Assembly: GCF_006345805.1 (NCBI RefSeq)
Contig: NC_043011.1
Location: 34,360,464-34,424,463 of the forward strand
Origin: Octopus sinensis
Lineage: Eukaryota
Length of the DNA stretch: 64,000 bases
Direction: 5' to 3'
The position numbers and the translations under genes were made by a program. Positions 1 through 13,391 of this stretch are shown in pieces. Each line of letters begins with the position of its first letter. The stretch's first letter is position 1. Under the pieces are notes generated by a model. It searched no databases and was not told the DNA's origin. It saw nothing but the letters and a program-made list of their open reading frames with translations.

Positions 1-30
1 TATGATAATAAGTTTTATTAAAGGGTAAAG

Positions 31-356
31 ACCCCCTTCGGTCATGAATGACCATGGGATTGCACCTAGAAAGTTACCCTCCTAGACACAAGTCCGGGCA
101 CGGTTGTTTATGTAAAAACCAGCAGTCGCCCATGCATACCAGCCTCCCCTCTCCACGCCACCAGTGTTATCCAAGGGAAAGACAAAGGTCGATACAGCTT
201 GGCACCAGTGACGTCGCAACTCATTTCTACAGCTGAGTGAACTGGAGCAACGTGAAATAAAGTGCCTTGCTCAAGAACACAACACGCAGCCCGGTCCGGG
301 ATTCGAGCTCACAACCTCACGATCGTAAGCTCGACGCTCTAACCACTGAGCCATAC
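31..356 (-). mobile_element. tRNA-derived SINE, head type D with an alternative 3' tail
   Basis: The reverse complement reads GTATGGCTCAGTGGTTAGAGCGTCG...GAGCTCGAATCCCGG (A/B-box-like tRNA head), then GTGTTCTTGAGCAAGGCACTTTATTTCACGTTGCTCCAG. That core is shared with the copies at 4918-5498, 30294, 61590 and 62943. Confidence 0.8.
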
Positions 357-397
357 ATGGAAAAGTAATGTTTCAAATCATTTCAAAAATTTTTCTA

Positions 398-819
398 TAC
401 TCTTTTTCTCTTTTACTTGTTTCAGTCATTTGACGGCGGCCATGCTGGAGCACCACCTTTAGTCGAGAAAATCGACCCCGGGACTTATTCTTTGTAAGCC
501 CAGTACTTATTCTATCGGTCTCTTTTTGCCGAACCGCTAAGTGACGGGGACGTAAACACACCAGCATCGCTTGTCAAGCAATGCTAGGGGGACAAACACA
601 GGCACACAAACATATACACACACACTTATATATATATATATATATACATATATACGATAGGCTTCTTTCAGTTTCCGTCTACCAAATCCACTCACAAGGC
701 ATTGGTCGGCCCGGGGCTATAGCAGAAGACACTTGCCCAAGATGCCACGCAGTGGGACTGAACCCGGAACCATGTGGTTGGTTAGCTAGCTACTTACCAC
801 ACAGCCACTCCTGCGCCTA
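398..819 (-). mobile_element. SINE family B (tRNA head, internal CA/TA microsatellite)
   Basis: The reverse complement starts TAGGCGCAGGAGTGGCTGTGTGG...GGTTCAGTCCCACTGCGTGG and ends GACTGAAACAAGTAAAAGAG. More than 10 homologous copies occur in the window. Confidence 0.9.
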
Positions 820-1250
820 TACTCGTTCGCTTTGGCGATGAAGTTTTCCAAGAGGATATCCAAAGTGTTTTCATTGCACGAGTCTTTATGTTCATACATT
901 ACAACGCAGTGTGGTACGAAGTCAAGTCTTCAAACGGCGAAGTGTATTGAACATTCTCTCGCTTTGATGCAACAGACACAGTCTTGCAACACAACGGCGG
1001 CTCTTCATGGTGGAATTTAATAGGTCATCAGTTGTTCTAGTATTGAAGAGTGACTTCTAATGCTGATCTTGTTGTTGCTATTGTTTAGTTGTAGTAAGGG
1101 CGGTAGAATATGATGACAGTGATGATGATGGGTCACTTGTGGTATTCTGAGGAAACGAGGAGGAGGATAGCTGAACTGTGAAGGGCTCTTTATTGTGGAG
1201 TTTAATAGTTCATCAATTGGTTGTTGCAGTTGTTGTTATATATTACATAC

Positions 1251-1637
1251 GTGGAGGCGCAATGGCCCAGTGGTTAGGGCAGCGGACTCGCGGTCATAGG
1301 ATCGCGGTTTCGATTCCCAGACCGGGCGTTGTGAGTGTTTATTGAGCGAAAACACCTAAAAGCTCCACGAGGCTCCGGCAGGGGATGGTGGTGATCCCTG
1401 CTGTACTCTTTCACCACAACTTTCTCTCACTCTTACTTCCTGTTTCTGTTGTACCTGTATTTCAAGGGGCCTGCCTTGTCACTCTCTGTGTCACGCTGAA
1501 TATCCCCGAGAACTATGTTAAGGGTGCACGTGTCTGTGGAGTGCTCAGCCACTTACACGTTAATTTCACGAGCAGGCTGTTCCGTTGATTCGGATCAACC
1601 GGAACCCTCATCATCGTAACCGACGGAGTGCTTCCAC
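1251..1637 (+). mobile_element. Full-length SINE, head A with tail 1, 12-bp TSD
   Basis: Head GTGGAGGCGCAATGGCCCAGTGGTTAG...GGTTTCGATTCCC. The direct repeat ATATATTACATA flanks it at 1238-1249 and 1638-1649. Confidence 0.9.
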
Positions 1638-1645
1638 ATATATTA

Positions 1646-2855
1646 CATAGATACGACAGATCTAAATAGACATTATGCATTCAAATTATTTATTAATTAT
1701 TATAATATGAAAATCTAATATTTTGTAGACACGCCCTTTGTACTTTTACGATGCAAGGATCCCGTGAGGCATGCTCCTGATCAGATAACGAATATTCTCT
1801 TGAGGAATTTCTTGCCAAGTTTCATGCAGTAATCTCAAAAGATCTGGCTTTGGGGATGCTTTCTTGTTCTTTTGCGAAGTGTCTTGTCCATTATGCCCCA
1901 GAGATGTTTAAATAGAATTTATATCTGGCTACTGTCTTGGCCGTGGAAACTTTTTAACGTCATTCTCTTCCAACCAATCTAAAGTCTTTTTAACCGGGTG
2001 ACAAAGAGCTCCATCTTTCATAAATAGAGTCCTCTTTAATCATTTCACCACTGGAAAAGATTAGAAGGAGTGAGTCCTTTCTGCAATATGGACACATTTA
2101 TCTGAGTTTATGTTTCCCTCACACTCCACTAGCTCTGATCGACCATTGCTCCAAATTGCTCCCCAGACCATCACGGAATAGCCTCCGTGTTTCATTGTTG
2201 GCTGCAATCTATTTAGGTCAAATTCTTGATCACAGAGTCTCCAGACTGACACTCGACCACTGTCAGAAAATACAGCAAAATTGGGCTCATCAGAGAATAT
2301 GACAATGTTCATAAATGGTGGTGGCCTCCCCACCATCTCACTGGTCCAATCGTTTCTCCGCTTGATATTGGCTGGTCGAAAAAGTGGATTTCTTCTTGCT
2401 GCTCTGCCATAGTAGCTACGTTTGTGGAGATAACTGACAGTTGTTCTGGGACTGACATCAACTTGTTCTGCTATGTCAGAGTCCTTGCAACGAGGATTAT
2501 CCACCATACTTCTCTTAACGAAGGGAGGGGTCCTGTCAGAGGGCTCTGGGCGAGGTGATATGGACTCCTTCCCCATCACTGGTGAATTGCACAATCACTC
2601 TATTAGCTGTAGAAAGCGGGATCCCAAGGTTTTCTGCGACTTTACACTAAGTTCGCCTTCAGATTGACCCACAATATGGCCTCTTTGAAATTCAGACAGT
2701 ACCAAGGCTTCTTTTGAACATGACATAATTAAACAGTCACATATAAAACCTGAAACATAAAAATGTCAATTAATAAAAAATAGAAACCATTTCAAGTTAG
2801 AATAATCATAAAACGATGTTTTGTGGGGTGTCTATTTACTTCTGTCATGTCTGTG
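1646..2855 (-). mobile_element. Decayed full-length Tc1-like transposon (about 1.2 kb)
   Basis: ORF 2061-2594 has Tc1 motifs ([25 protein letters not shown]). A broken 'SPDLNPIEHLW'-like segment lies near 1900-1930. The 27-bp TIRs match 22/27 (CATAGATACGACAGATCTAAATAGACA vs CACAGACATGACAGAAGTAAATAGACA), with TA at 1644-45 and 2856-57. Confidence 0.9.
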
Positions 2856-4917
2856 TACACACAGCAACTTTTTTTTACTGAGCAATTTTTAAACACTATT
2901 TTCTATGCCTGAGAAAGGAAAGTAAGGGTCCAATATAGAATCTTGTGTCCTCACTAAATCTTAGGGGGTGCACTTGCACCCCCTCGTTTCCAAGCCCTTG
3001 TGTGTTTGTGTGTACGTATGTATGTTCACATGAGTCATAACGTGTATTGTTTCTGTATGAAGAGGTCCGGTGCTCCATGTTACTGCGTGACATATTGGAT
3101 AAGTGTTGTTTATCATAACCTCAAAACAACCCAATAATTGAAATTGAGTTAAAGGAAACTGTGCAGAAGCCCGTCGAATAGGAAATTCATTAAGATCATT
3201 TCTTGCCGCATAGTATCATGCTGATCCACTCGTAGATTACGTTAAGGGCTGATGTGTTTGTTGCAGATGATTTCTACCGATATGAAAATTAAATTATTAA
3301 ATCAACTTCGAAATGAAAATTGGTTCGTCACATGCTTGTGAAATAGTTTAATATGAACGTAGCAACTGTTTCTTAAAGAAACAAAATGGGTGAAAAAATC
3401 ATAGCCTGTAAAATTGCTGGATCATCAATAAATTCAAGACATGTCGTGAATACGTAGTATAGTAACATTGTAAAATGGCTTTACAGAAAAAACAAAACTT
3501 CCATGTGGTAATTGTTACCATAGACAATTACGTTACGACCTTGTAACGCTAGATCGCCAGAAGAATGTTGTAATTTAATACATTTGTTTGTTATCAACGT
3601 TAGTCGATAAACAAACTTAAACTGAAAGTTACGTGTACACTAAGTAGATTATTCTATATAAGTCGTTGAGGACAAGTATTTTATTATCTATATTTCATCA
3701 GTGAAATAAATAATTTGAGAAAGACAGATTGATTATATATGAGGTCTGAGGAAGAAAAAGTGAGGTTGTCTGAGGAAGAGAAATTCGACTAGGTATATAT
3801 CTTATATACACCCCTCATCTCTCTCTCTCTCTCTCTCCACACACACTTATGCTTGTTCGGAAGAAAGCAGGCCATGAAATTGCGCAGAGAATTAGACGCA
3901 ATTCAGCAAAGTAATTAATACATAACAGCTGTTTCTCTTTGCTTTTAATTAGTAAAGGGTATTGATCACGTCATGTCTAAGGATCGACAAATAAAACATA
4001 AAGCAGTCGGTCAAGAGACTCCACTCTTTTTTCTTCCGGATATCAAAAACATAGTAGGAATGTGTTTGTACTTAGCTTTTCGCCATAGCTAATGGAATGC
4101 TACGGTTTTAAAATTTTTATTTCAGTACTTGTAATATATTTCTGAAAAAAAAAAAAAGAAAATGTGTCATTACAATGGAGAATGCTTGTTTAAGGTACCA
4201 CACACAGGAATGAGAATTAGCTAGGGAGCCTCTAACCCTAACTCTTTACTGTTACTTTGCTGAATATCTTTCAAATCACATTCGAACATCTTTAAAAAGG
4301 AACACCGTTGATTGTGAGTGAAATAAAATAAAGACAAAACCAGCAAGCTAGAATGCTGTTAATCATAGATCTGTATTGCGTTAGTGCTGTTGTCTTGAAT
4401 TTTAAGGCTCATAGGGACGGCAACATGGTTACCATGTATAAGTGATCGAAATCACAACATTCCCCTAAATGAAAGACACTCCAATCGCCCCGATCCGGCA
4501 AGCGAAACTATGACATTACGATCGCAAGCGCAGCATCCTAACCAGTAGGCCACGCGCCTTCACACAAGTGTCGTTGAATTCCACGTGAATCTGTCACTTT
4601 GGAGAAATGATTTCTACAAGGCTCTTTTGAATGTTATGGAAGCTTCTTTTCCTGTTTTTTTAAATTTTTTACTCACAGTATTATGTTGCTGTGGTTTTGA
4701 GCAGGTGATCAGAAGAAAATTTAGATAATCTGCCACATAGTTGAGTTTTTTTCTTTTTTGTACTCCTAACATTATGTTGCTGCATTGCTGTGGTTTTGAG
4801 CAGATGGTCAGAAGAAAATTGAGATGCCACGTGCCCGAGGTGCTTCAAATTGATGCTCAAAGAGAAGTTATTGTAGTTTAATTTATCTAATCAAAGATCT
4901 TGAGGCTAAAAATACAA

Positions 4918-5498
4918 GCACTCCATCGGTTACGATGACGAGCGTTCCAGTTGATCCGATCTATGGAACAGCTTGCTCGTGAAATTAACGTGCAAGTAAC
5001 TGAGCGCCCCACAGACACGCGTACCCTTATCATAGTTCTCAGGGAGACCCAGCGTGACACAAATTGTGGACAAGGCTGGCCTTTCGAACTGCACGGACAT
5101 CTCATTTTTGCCGGCAGAGTGGAGTGGAGCAACGTGAATTAAGCGTCTTGCTCTAGGCAGGGCCGGGTCTAGGAAGTGCAGGGCTCAATTAGAGAATTGT
5201 TCGTGGGGCCTTTTACTCTACAAAAGCTGAAGGTTGCTGTTTTATGCTTCATGTAGTACGCCGGTCCAAGCCAAAAAGCATTGAGGGCTTGTGGTTTCAC
5301 CATTAGCTACAATGATATACTAAAAACTGAAAGCTCACATGTAAGTTTTTAATGTCTTATTACAAATCGAGCGTGTGCGCGGGGTTCAGTTTGAACAAAT
5401 CTATCTAAACTGGCTTAAAACCGGCCCTGGCTCAAGAACACAACGCGCCGCCAGGAATCGAATACGATCGTGAACCGAATACCCTAACCACTAAGCCA
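4918..5498 (-). mobile_element. SINE head D with tail 1, interrupted by a MITE
   Basis: The SINE sequence stops at 5157 and resumes at 5430 (GCTCAAGAACACAAC...CTAACCACTAAGCC). Confidence 0.8.
5158..5429. mobile_element. hAT-like MITE (272 bp) nested in a SINE
   Basis: Termini CAGGGCCGG...CCGGCCCTG. The flanking 8-mers GCTCTAGG and GCTCAAGA match 6/8 and duplicate the SINE consensus at that position. Confidence 0.75.
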
Positions 5499-5935
5499 AC
5501 AAGATCAGCAACATTAATAACGACAACGGGTTGACAGAGATTGCTAGATTGGTTTATTTGCGTATCTTGAAATGTTTGTTGTAGCCGATGATTCTACTGT
5601 TCATACTACTTAAGGAAGAATTAATATAATAGAACGGTGACTTCCGTAGTCTATTTGAATACATCATCTGAACAGTAATTTCGAGATACTTGAACCTTTT
5701 GTTGAATTATTAGCGTTATTTATTTTGTAACAGGGTCAACATAAGTATTTAATTTGCTCCACTGACGTGAAGTTTTCTCACACCCGCGCTTCGATACAAA
5801 GCCATATGTCGTTAATACATACTCAAGAATATGTATAAAGTATAAATTTACACATACATGCATGAATACACGAATATATATGCACACACAAGTCGCACAT
5901 ACACACTTACGTACATTTATGTATGAATGTGTGTG

Positions 5936-6054
<119 letters not shown>

Positions 6055-6673
6055 CACTTGGCCCTACCGAGGTTTCGAAACTGAATCGGTACATTTCCCC
6101 CTGACTATAAAGCCTTATTTTTCTGTCGAGGAACAACGTCGTTTCATTCATCCTATGGCCTTGCTAACATATGATTGGCGAGTTTTCCTCTTGAACCATA
6201 ATCCTACTAGGCTATAAAGAGTTTAAATAAAATAAGTTTAACCCACAGGTGACTTGTCACTGTTACAACGGTATACCTCTTTTTCTAGCTGGTCTGCATA
6301 CTTATAAATACAAGCGGAGAGGTAAACACAGAGGGGGAGAGAATGCGTTCCTGCGTGCAGTCGGCGGCTATGATATTTCGCCATACAACTTGTTCAATAG
6401 CGTCGTTCTAACAAACATCACATTATCTTTTTCTTGCTGCTGGAACGATAAGAACATGTACACTCTGATACAAGGAAAAATTAACTCTCGATTATTTTAT
6501 ACACACCTAGGAAACAATTATATGTAATGGAGAAATTATATGTAATAGAAAAATAAATATGTTATCGACAACTTCGATCACTATCCTTGTTCTTTGAAGT
6601 TCAACACAACGATATTCACGCCATTTTTCTCTTCTTCAGCATCACACCCGTTACATTTTGGTAACCACTCCGT

Positions 6674-6716
<43 letters not shown>

Positions 6717-6984
6717 CCATATAATCAATCATACCCCTGATACATTCACAAAAGCCATTCACGATAAATTGAGAAACGCTGTAATATTATCTGTCGTCTG
6801 GTTTGCTAATCGTCTGCATCGGGCTAAGGAGTGTCTTAAACCTGACTTTTTTTTACGTCGTCATTAATGTAGTTATTGTTGCTGGTTTTCGTTCAGGATA
6901 ACCTTCATTGAATAGATATATATAATCAAGCGCCGTGACCACTCCGTGTGTTTTGTGCATGTGCATGCATGCGTGCGTGAGTGG

Positions 6985-7182
6985 CGAGAGGCAGAATCGT
7001 TAGCATGCTTCGCAAAATGCTTAGCACCATTTCGTCCATCGTTATGATCTGAGTTCAAGTCCCGCCGATGTCGACTTTGCCTTTCATGATCCTTTCGGAA
7101 TCGATGAAATAAGTACCAGTTGAGCACTGGGGGTCAATGTAATCGACTTACCCTTTTCCCCAAAATTTCAGGACTATAGTAG
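6985..7182 (+). mobile_element. SINE family C (Nin/Deu-like core), diverged copy
   Basis: GGCAGAATCGTTAGC...GTCGACTTTGCCTTTCAT...GATGAAATAAGTACCAGTTGAGCACTGGGG. Confidence 0.75.
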
Positions 7183-7478
7183 AAATGGATATATATGAAA
7201 ACTTACCATTTAGTGAGCAGAACACCTCCGTCCCTAAAGTATTTTCCTTTGTTTTATTGACATTCATAATCAGTGTTATACATTCTTTCTCTTTAAAAAC
7301 ATTGTATCCAATCTCATTATCTAGAAAGTTCGCAGACAGCTATTTCATTAATAATATGGTGGTAAATTAAAGGCGGCAAGCTGTAAGCAATGTAGATAGG
7401 CTTGTTGGTTATCTACGAAAGGGATTTATCGCTTGTTGCTATTAAATTACCTAATATGGTAATAATATTAACTAACTA

Positions 7479-7645
7479 TAGGCGTAGGAGTGCCTGTGTG
7501 GTAAGTAACTTGCTTACGATCCACACGGTTCCGGGTTCAGTCCCACTGCGTGGCACCTTGGGCAAGTGTCTTCTACTATAGCCTCGGGCCGACCAAAGCC
7601 TTGTGAGGGGATTTGGTAGACGGAAACTGAAAGAAATCCGTCGTA

Positions 7646-7715
<70 letters not shown>

Positions 7716-7969
7716 ATATATATTTATATATATGTGTGTGTGTGTGTATGTATATGTTTGTGTGTCTGTGTTTGTTCCCCCAACATCGTTTGACAACCGA
7801 TGCTGGTATGTTTACGTCTCCGTAAATTAGCGGTTCGGCAAAAGAGACCGATAAAATAAGTACTATGCTTACAAAGAATATGTCCTGGGTTCGATTTGCT
7901 CGACTAAAGGCGGTGCTCCAGCATGGCCACAGTTAAATGACTGAAACAAGTAAAAGAGTAAAAGAGTAA
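7479..7969 (+). mobile_element. SINE family B, full length
   Basis: TAGGCGTAGGAGTGCCTGTGTGGTAAG head, internal (TA)/(TG) tract, and GACTGAAACAAGTAAAAGAGTAAAAGAG tail. Confidence 0.9.
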
Positions 7970-8020
7970 CTTGCTAATCCAAATCCATGTTCAAATTAAA
8001 GCGGATCGATTTTCTATACT

Positions 8021-8157
8021 TTAATAAGATCAGTTATTTGAAACTTTTCGGAAAATAAACGATAAGGAAGCGCGTACAACTTGTCTTTAAAGCCAGCAGA
8101 AAAGAACAATGTACGTTTCGGTCAAATGAAACTTCTTCAACGAACTATACCCTGCCC
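8021..8157 (-). repeat. Interspersed repeat (Penelope-like fragment) with a degenerate hammerhead core; inverted near-identical copy at 11913-12049
   Basis: The reverse complement matches 11913-12049 with about 5 mismatches and contains TTGAAGAAG..TCATTTGACCGAAACGTA. Confidence 0.65.
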
Positions 8158-8879
8158 AGTTGGCAAGGCTACATTCCTCTCAATCATACTGGCAACCTCG
8201 CCAACCAGTTTGTAGGAGGGAGGAGAGGCCCGCAAAGGTCATAACTACGGCACTGTCGTGTCGTATGACTAACGTACAGTATGAGAAAGGTTATTGTTGT
8301 GTTCATATATTGTTATAGTGATCACATCAAAGAGATACTTCCATGCAGACAATGTTTTTTTTTCTCCCCGAGGGCTATTGGCTGCGACCTTCAGTTCATA
8401 AGCTATCCTGAACTGATTAATCGAAATTATTACAAGTGTGTCTGTCTGCGTGCGCACGCACATTCACATACAAACATACACACACAAACACAAAGGCGCA
8501 CACACACGCACGCACGCACACACATACTCACGAACACGCATCCACTATGCGTGCTGACTTACATATACAAAAAATGCCATCCACACTTCTTCATACGCAA
8601 ATGCACACACACACACACACACGAATGCATACAGGCGCATGGGCACAAGCACATATTTTCATACAGTACCATCCATCCATACACACACACACAAACACAC
8701 AAATACATCCCAAACCATCCCACCACACTAACATCTCTCTGCATTAATCACTGTCTGAATTTGCCCTTTCTGCTTGTTTAGTTGCTGTTATAATAATCCT
8801 CATTAATAATATTTCCATTATTTCATATATTCCTCATTAATATCGATTCTATTACTTCTCTCACTTGTCGTGCGCACAC

Positions 8880-8995
8880 CTACACACACACACACACTAC
8901 ACACACACAGGTATCGAACTGTGCGTGTATCTACGTATATGTACTATAATATATATACACGCATACAAACACGCATATATATGTATACACATATA

Positions 8996-9041
<46 letters not shown>

Positions 9042-9078
9042 GCGCATACAAACACGCATATATATGTATACACATATA

Positions 9079-9156
<78 letters not shown>

Positions 9157-9194
9157 CGCGCATACAAACACGCATATATATGTATACACATATA

Positions 9195-9263
<69 letters not shown>

Positions 9264-9380
9264 TGAATATATATATATATGAATATATATATGAACGTAT
9301 ATATGTATACATATATGTGTGTGTGGATATGTATATATGTGTGTGTGTATATATACATACATACATACAGACATACATAC
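8880..9380. repeat. Compound (CA)/(TA) microsatellite with 3 copies of a ~45-bp unit
   Basis: The unit CGCATACAAACACGCATATATATGTATACACATATACAC followed by (TA)n occurs three times. Confidence 0.9.
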
Positions 9381-9924
9381 ACATTCATATCATAAGTATT
9401 GTTCTATGTCGTCTATATTGCAAAATGTATAATTTTGATTCATCAACTAATAAAAATAGTCGTATTAGTAATATATGTGTGCGTGCGTGTTATAAGGTCC
9501 ATGTGTTTATAATACATGTGTTTATGTGTGTGTGTAGGTTTATACGAGTATATGTGTATGTATGTGTACATGTCTACGTGCGTCTATGTGTGCACGCTGA
9601 ATCAGGTTTATCATTATGAAACAATACCTCACTGCTGTTGTATCGTCTGCTCTCCCTCAATCCTCTCTCTCTCTCTCTCTATGAAGCTGTCTTCTACATG
9701 TTTATAAGTTAACAAAAAATTTCCACCGAAAAAATTTTAAAAAATTAAGAAAACAAAAAACCCAGCAGTATTGAGATGTCTTACACAATAGTAATAATCA
9801 TCTTCACCACCACTATCATTATTATCACCGTCATCATCACTACCACCATCACCACCACACATCATCATCACCACCACTACTCTAACTGCCACCATCATCA
9901 CTCAATAATAAACTACTATAGGTA

Positions 9925-10330
9925 GAAGGCCTGAAATTTTGGGGAAGAGGTGGTCAAGTGCTCAGCTGGGACTTATTTTATCGATTTTGAAAGGTTGAAA
10001 GGCAAAGTGGATCTCGGTAGATATGTACTCAGAACGCAACGGTATATGAAATATCGCCAAGCATTTTTTTCCAAAATGCTTACGATTCTGCCGGCTTGCA
10101 ATATGCTTACGATTCTGCCTTATAATCCTTTTCTATCATAGGGCTAAAAATTTTTAGGGAAGGGGACTAGTCAATTACATGGAGCCCAATATTCAACTGA
10201 TACTTATTTTATCGACTTCGAAAGATGAAAAGTAAAGCTGACCTCAGCGAAATTTGAACTGAGAACACAAAGACTGGCGAAATGCGGCTAATCACGTTGT
10301 CGGGCGTGCTAACGATTCTGCCAGCTCACC
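9925..10330 (-). mobile_element. Two diverged family C SINE copies
   Basis: GAAAGGTTGAAAGGCAAAGTGG and AATTTGAACTGAGAAC...GCTAACGATTCTGCCAGCTC segments. Confidence 0.7.
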
Positions 10331-10375
10331 TTATCGTTATCGTTATCAATAAGGATAACAACAACAGCAGCAAGA

Positions 10376-10545
10376 GTGGAGGCGCAATGGCCGAGTGGTT
10401 AGGGCAGCGGACTCACGGTTCTCAAGAACGCGGTTTCGTTTCCCAGACCGGGCATGGTGAGTGTTTATTGAGCAAAAACACCTAAGCGCCACGAGGCTCC
10501 GGCGGGGTGTAGAGTGAACCCCGCTGTACTCTTTCACCAACAAAG
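10376..10545 (+). mobile_element. 3'-truncated head-A SINE
   Basis: GTGGAGGCGCAATGGCCGAGTGGTTAGGGCAGCGGACTC head. Confidence 0.8.
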
Positions 10546-10827
10546 CAGAGGAACCATGGTGTAACCCACTATGGTGTGGTAAACTTTCAGACCCTAGTCT
10601 AGATTGCAAACCCTCTGTACCCCAGGATGGTTCAGCTCTTCAGCCGTTAAAAGCCACCGTTTACGGAATGAGGATAACAGGATAACAACGTAGATTTCGC
10701 GCCTGTGTAACCGCCTGTCTATTGCGTGTGGTGGGTGGATCTTCAAGTTGCCACATGCATTCTTAGTAGCTTAGAGTAGGCTCGAATTAGAGATTATTCT
10801 TTGTGGCTAATGGCGTGAGACCTGATT

Positions 10828-11400
10828 GGAAGAAGAAGAAGAAGAAGAAAAAGAAAAAGAAGAAGAAGAAAAAGAAAAAGAAGAAGAAGAAGAACACGAC
10901 GACGACAGCCGCAAGAACGATAGATGTAGTAACAGCGACAAAATTGTGAATGCTACTTACATTGATAACCAGAACAACAGGAATGGCAACAAGAACAATT
11001 GCAGAAATAATCATAAAAATAACACCAACGATAACAATAGGAATAGCAATAGCAAGAAGTACAGGATAAGCAACAACAATAACAGCAGAAACAACAACGA
11101 TATTAAAAGCAGCAATAGCACACGAGAACGACTTGAACAACAATAACAATAGCAGTTGCATAATTAACACTGACAATAAAGGCAGAGCAGCGTTATAATT
11201 AAAAGCGACATCAGTGACAACAACAATAAAAACAAAAACAATGACAACAAAAACAACAACAAACACAACGATATCAATAAAATAATACTATAAAATGATA
11301 ACAGCAACAACAAGAAACAATATTAATGATAGCAAAGTATGACTAGCAATAATTTTGATTGCAACGACAACAACAAATATTGTTGCCATGAATGCAATAA
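10828..11400. repeat. (GAA)n tract followed by AAC/AAT-rich low-complexity sequence
   Basis: Direct reading of the sequence. Confidence 0.85.
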
Positions 11401-11599
11401 TGGGCTTTTAAGGATGTAATTTATTTCAAGCTTTATTGCATCCAACATGGTTTTGAATGGTTGGACGGACGGGTAAGCGGGATCGGGGTCAAGGAGTCGT
11501 TTTACGGACGTCACTGTTTAAATTGTGCTTTTCAATATTCATGAATCTAATACGTTTGTGTACTACTTACTGCCGCTACTACTACTACCACTACTACTG

Positions 11600-11635
<36 letters not shown>

Positions 11636-11754
11636 TCACCACCACCATCACCACCACCGCCACGACTACACCCCCCCACCATATTCATGAATGTAGCAAC
11701 ACAGTTTCAACGATAAGTATTCTATCTGGCTGAATGGAATTAAATACCATAAAT

Positions 11755-11757
11755 ATC

Positions 11758-11790
<33 letters not shown>

Positions 11791-11791
11791 A

Positions 11792-11862
<71 letters not shown>

Positions 11863-11912
11863 ATGTATGTATGTATGTATGTATGTATGTATGTATGTAT
11901 GTATGTATGTAT
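11755..11912. repeat. Compound (TATC)n(TGTC)n(TATG)n tetranucleotide array
   Basis: Direct reading of the sequence. Confidence 0.95.
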
Positions 11913-12048
11913 GGACAGGGTATAGTTCGTTGAAGAAGTCTCATTTGACCGAAACGTGCACTGTTCTTTTCTGCTGGCTTCAAAGACAAGTTGTACGCGC
12001 TTCCTTATCGTTTATTTTCCGAAAAGTTTCAAATAACTGATCTTATTA

Positions 12049-13315
12049 AAGGGTGCATAAAATATCTGAGGACAGGTTTATATTTATAAACAACAGATAA
12101 TAATTTATTTATCCAAAAATGCTACTACGAGGATAAAAATTAACCTTCTTGTCTATAATGTTATTCAATAAAGCCACTCTCAGCTTCATCATCTGCTTCT
12201 ATATGAGAACTAAATGATGTACATGCTCGAATCAAATGGTCCTGGTTCATTTTGGACATGACTCTGACTATGGCAGCTTTCATAGAATCTTTGGTGTTAT
12301 GGGCGTGTTCATTGACCTCTCTCTTAACAACGCTCCACATGTAATAGTCCAATGGATTGAGATCTGGGGAATTAGAAGGCCGAATGTCAGGGGTTATGTT
12401 ATCATAAAAAATTTCAGTCATCCATTCCTGTGTTTCTAGAGCCATATGTGATGGTGCAGAGTCTTACTGAAACACATATGGCCTTCCATTGCATACACTG
12501 TCTCTCCAGGGCTTAACAATTATTTCCAGGACCTCAATATAGGCGGCAGAGTCAACTCTAAGGCCTTGTGGAAAGAAGTAAGGAGGCATCACACGTCCTT
12601 CATTGCTGACAACCACTAAAACCATGACAGCTGCAGGAAATTTTGTATGCAGGAACTTCAGAAGGGTCTGCACATAACCATGTGTCATTTCTTCTGTTAA
12701 CTTTTTGATCGTGGTTTAAGTTTTTCGCGTTTGAGAAAAACCAAATCAAATCTTCTTCTGCTGGAGTTTTCAGTTTGTTTAAGAGCCTTTTAAATCTGAT
12801 GTAGTGATTTTCTTTTGCTTTTTCTGACAAATTGACCTTTCCTCATCACATAAGACTTATATCTGATATCTTCGTGGACGACATTTCTGACTGTTCCTTC
12901 TGACTCATGGAGATCTTCTGCAGTTGACCTCATGGATTTTCTGGGATTGTAACCAGTGGTCTGTTAAACTTGCTGAATAGATTCAAGTCTTCTGATGATT
13001 TCAGGGCATTTAGAAGGCTTTTTATGCTTTGATACTGGTGATACAATTCCATCTTCAGTCTCTAACTCCTTAATCCTCGTATATTCTATCTTCCTTACAA
13101 ACTTCGTAGACGAAAGATCTGGCAACTTTTAAAAATCGAGATATTTCTAAATCGCTATGCTCAGCCTTTATAACTACAATAACAGCATGCCTCTTCATTT
13201 GTCGAGTAAGATGAGGGTCTGCCATTATTTTCTTAAGAAGCGATTATACCGAGTTAGCAAAAAAAAGCAGCAATGACCCAAAGAAGGTATCGGCTCAAAT
13301 ACCTTACGCACCCTA
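12049..13315 (-). mobile_element. Decayed Tc1/mariner-superfamily transposon, DD37D (maT)-like
   Basis: Frameshifted transposase pieces: LIWFFSNAKNLNHDQKVNRRND, KFPAAVMVLVVVSNEGRVMPPYFF and PSNSPDLNPLDYYMWSVV. Imperfect TIRs AGGGTGCATAAAATATCTGAG vs AGGGTGCGTAAGGTATTTGAG, with TA at 12047-48 and 13316-17. Confidence 0.85.
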
Positions 13316-13321
13316 TATATA

Positions 13322-13380
<59 letters not shown>

Positions 13381-13391
13381 GTAACTTAATA

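Noticed and set aside
830-1050. Protein-looking minus-strand stretch (VPHCVVMYEHKDSCNENTLDILLENFIAK)
   Set aside because: It has an in-frame stop upstream, no clear splice signals and no family I can name. It is possibly a TE relic, and a tblastx search would be needed.
1251-1330. tRNA-like sequences (also at 10376, 15055, 30294, 37878, 47621 and 62943)
   Set aside because: They have A/B boxes but run straight into SINE bodies with TSDs and lack a proper acceptor stem. They are SINE heads, not tRNA genes.
4665-4830. Degenerate ~85-bp direct duplication (ATTATGTTGCTG...GGTTTTGAGCAG...CAGAAGAAAATT)
   Set aside because: An ordinary old local tandem duplication with no further structure.
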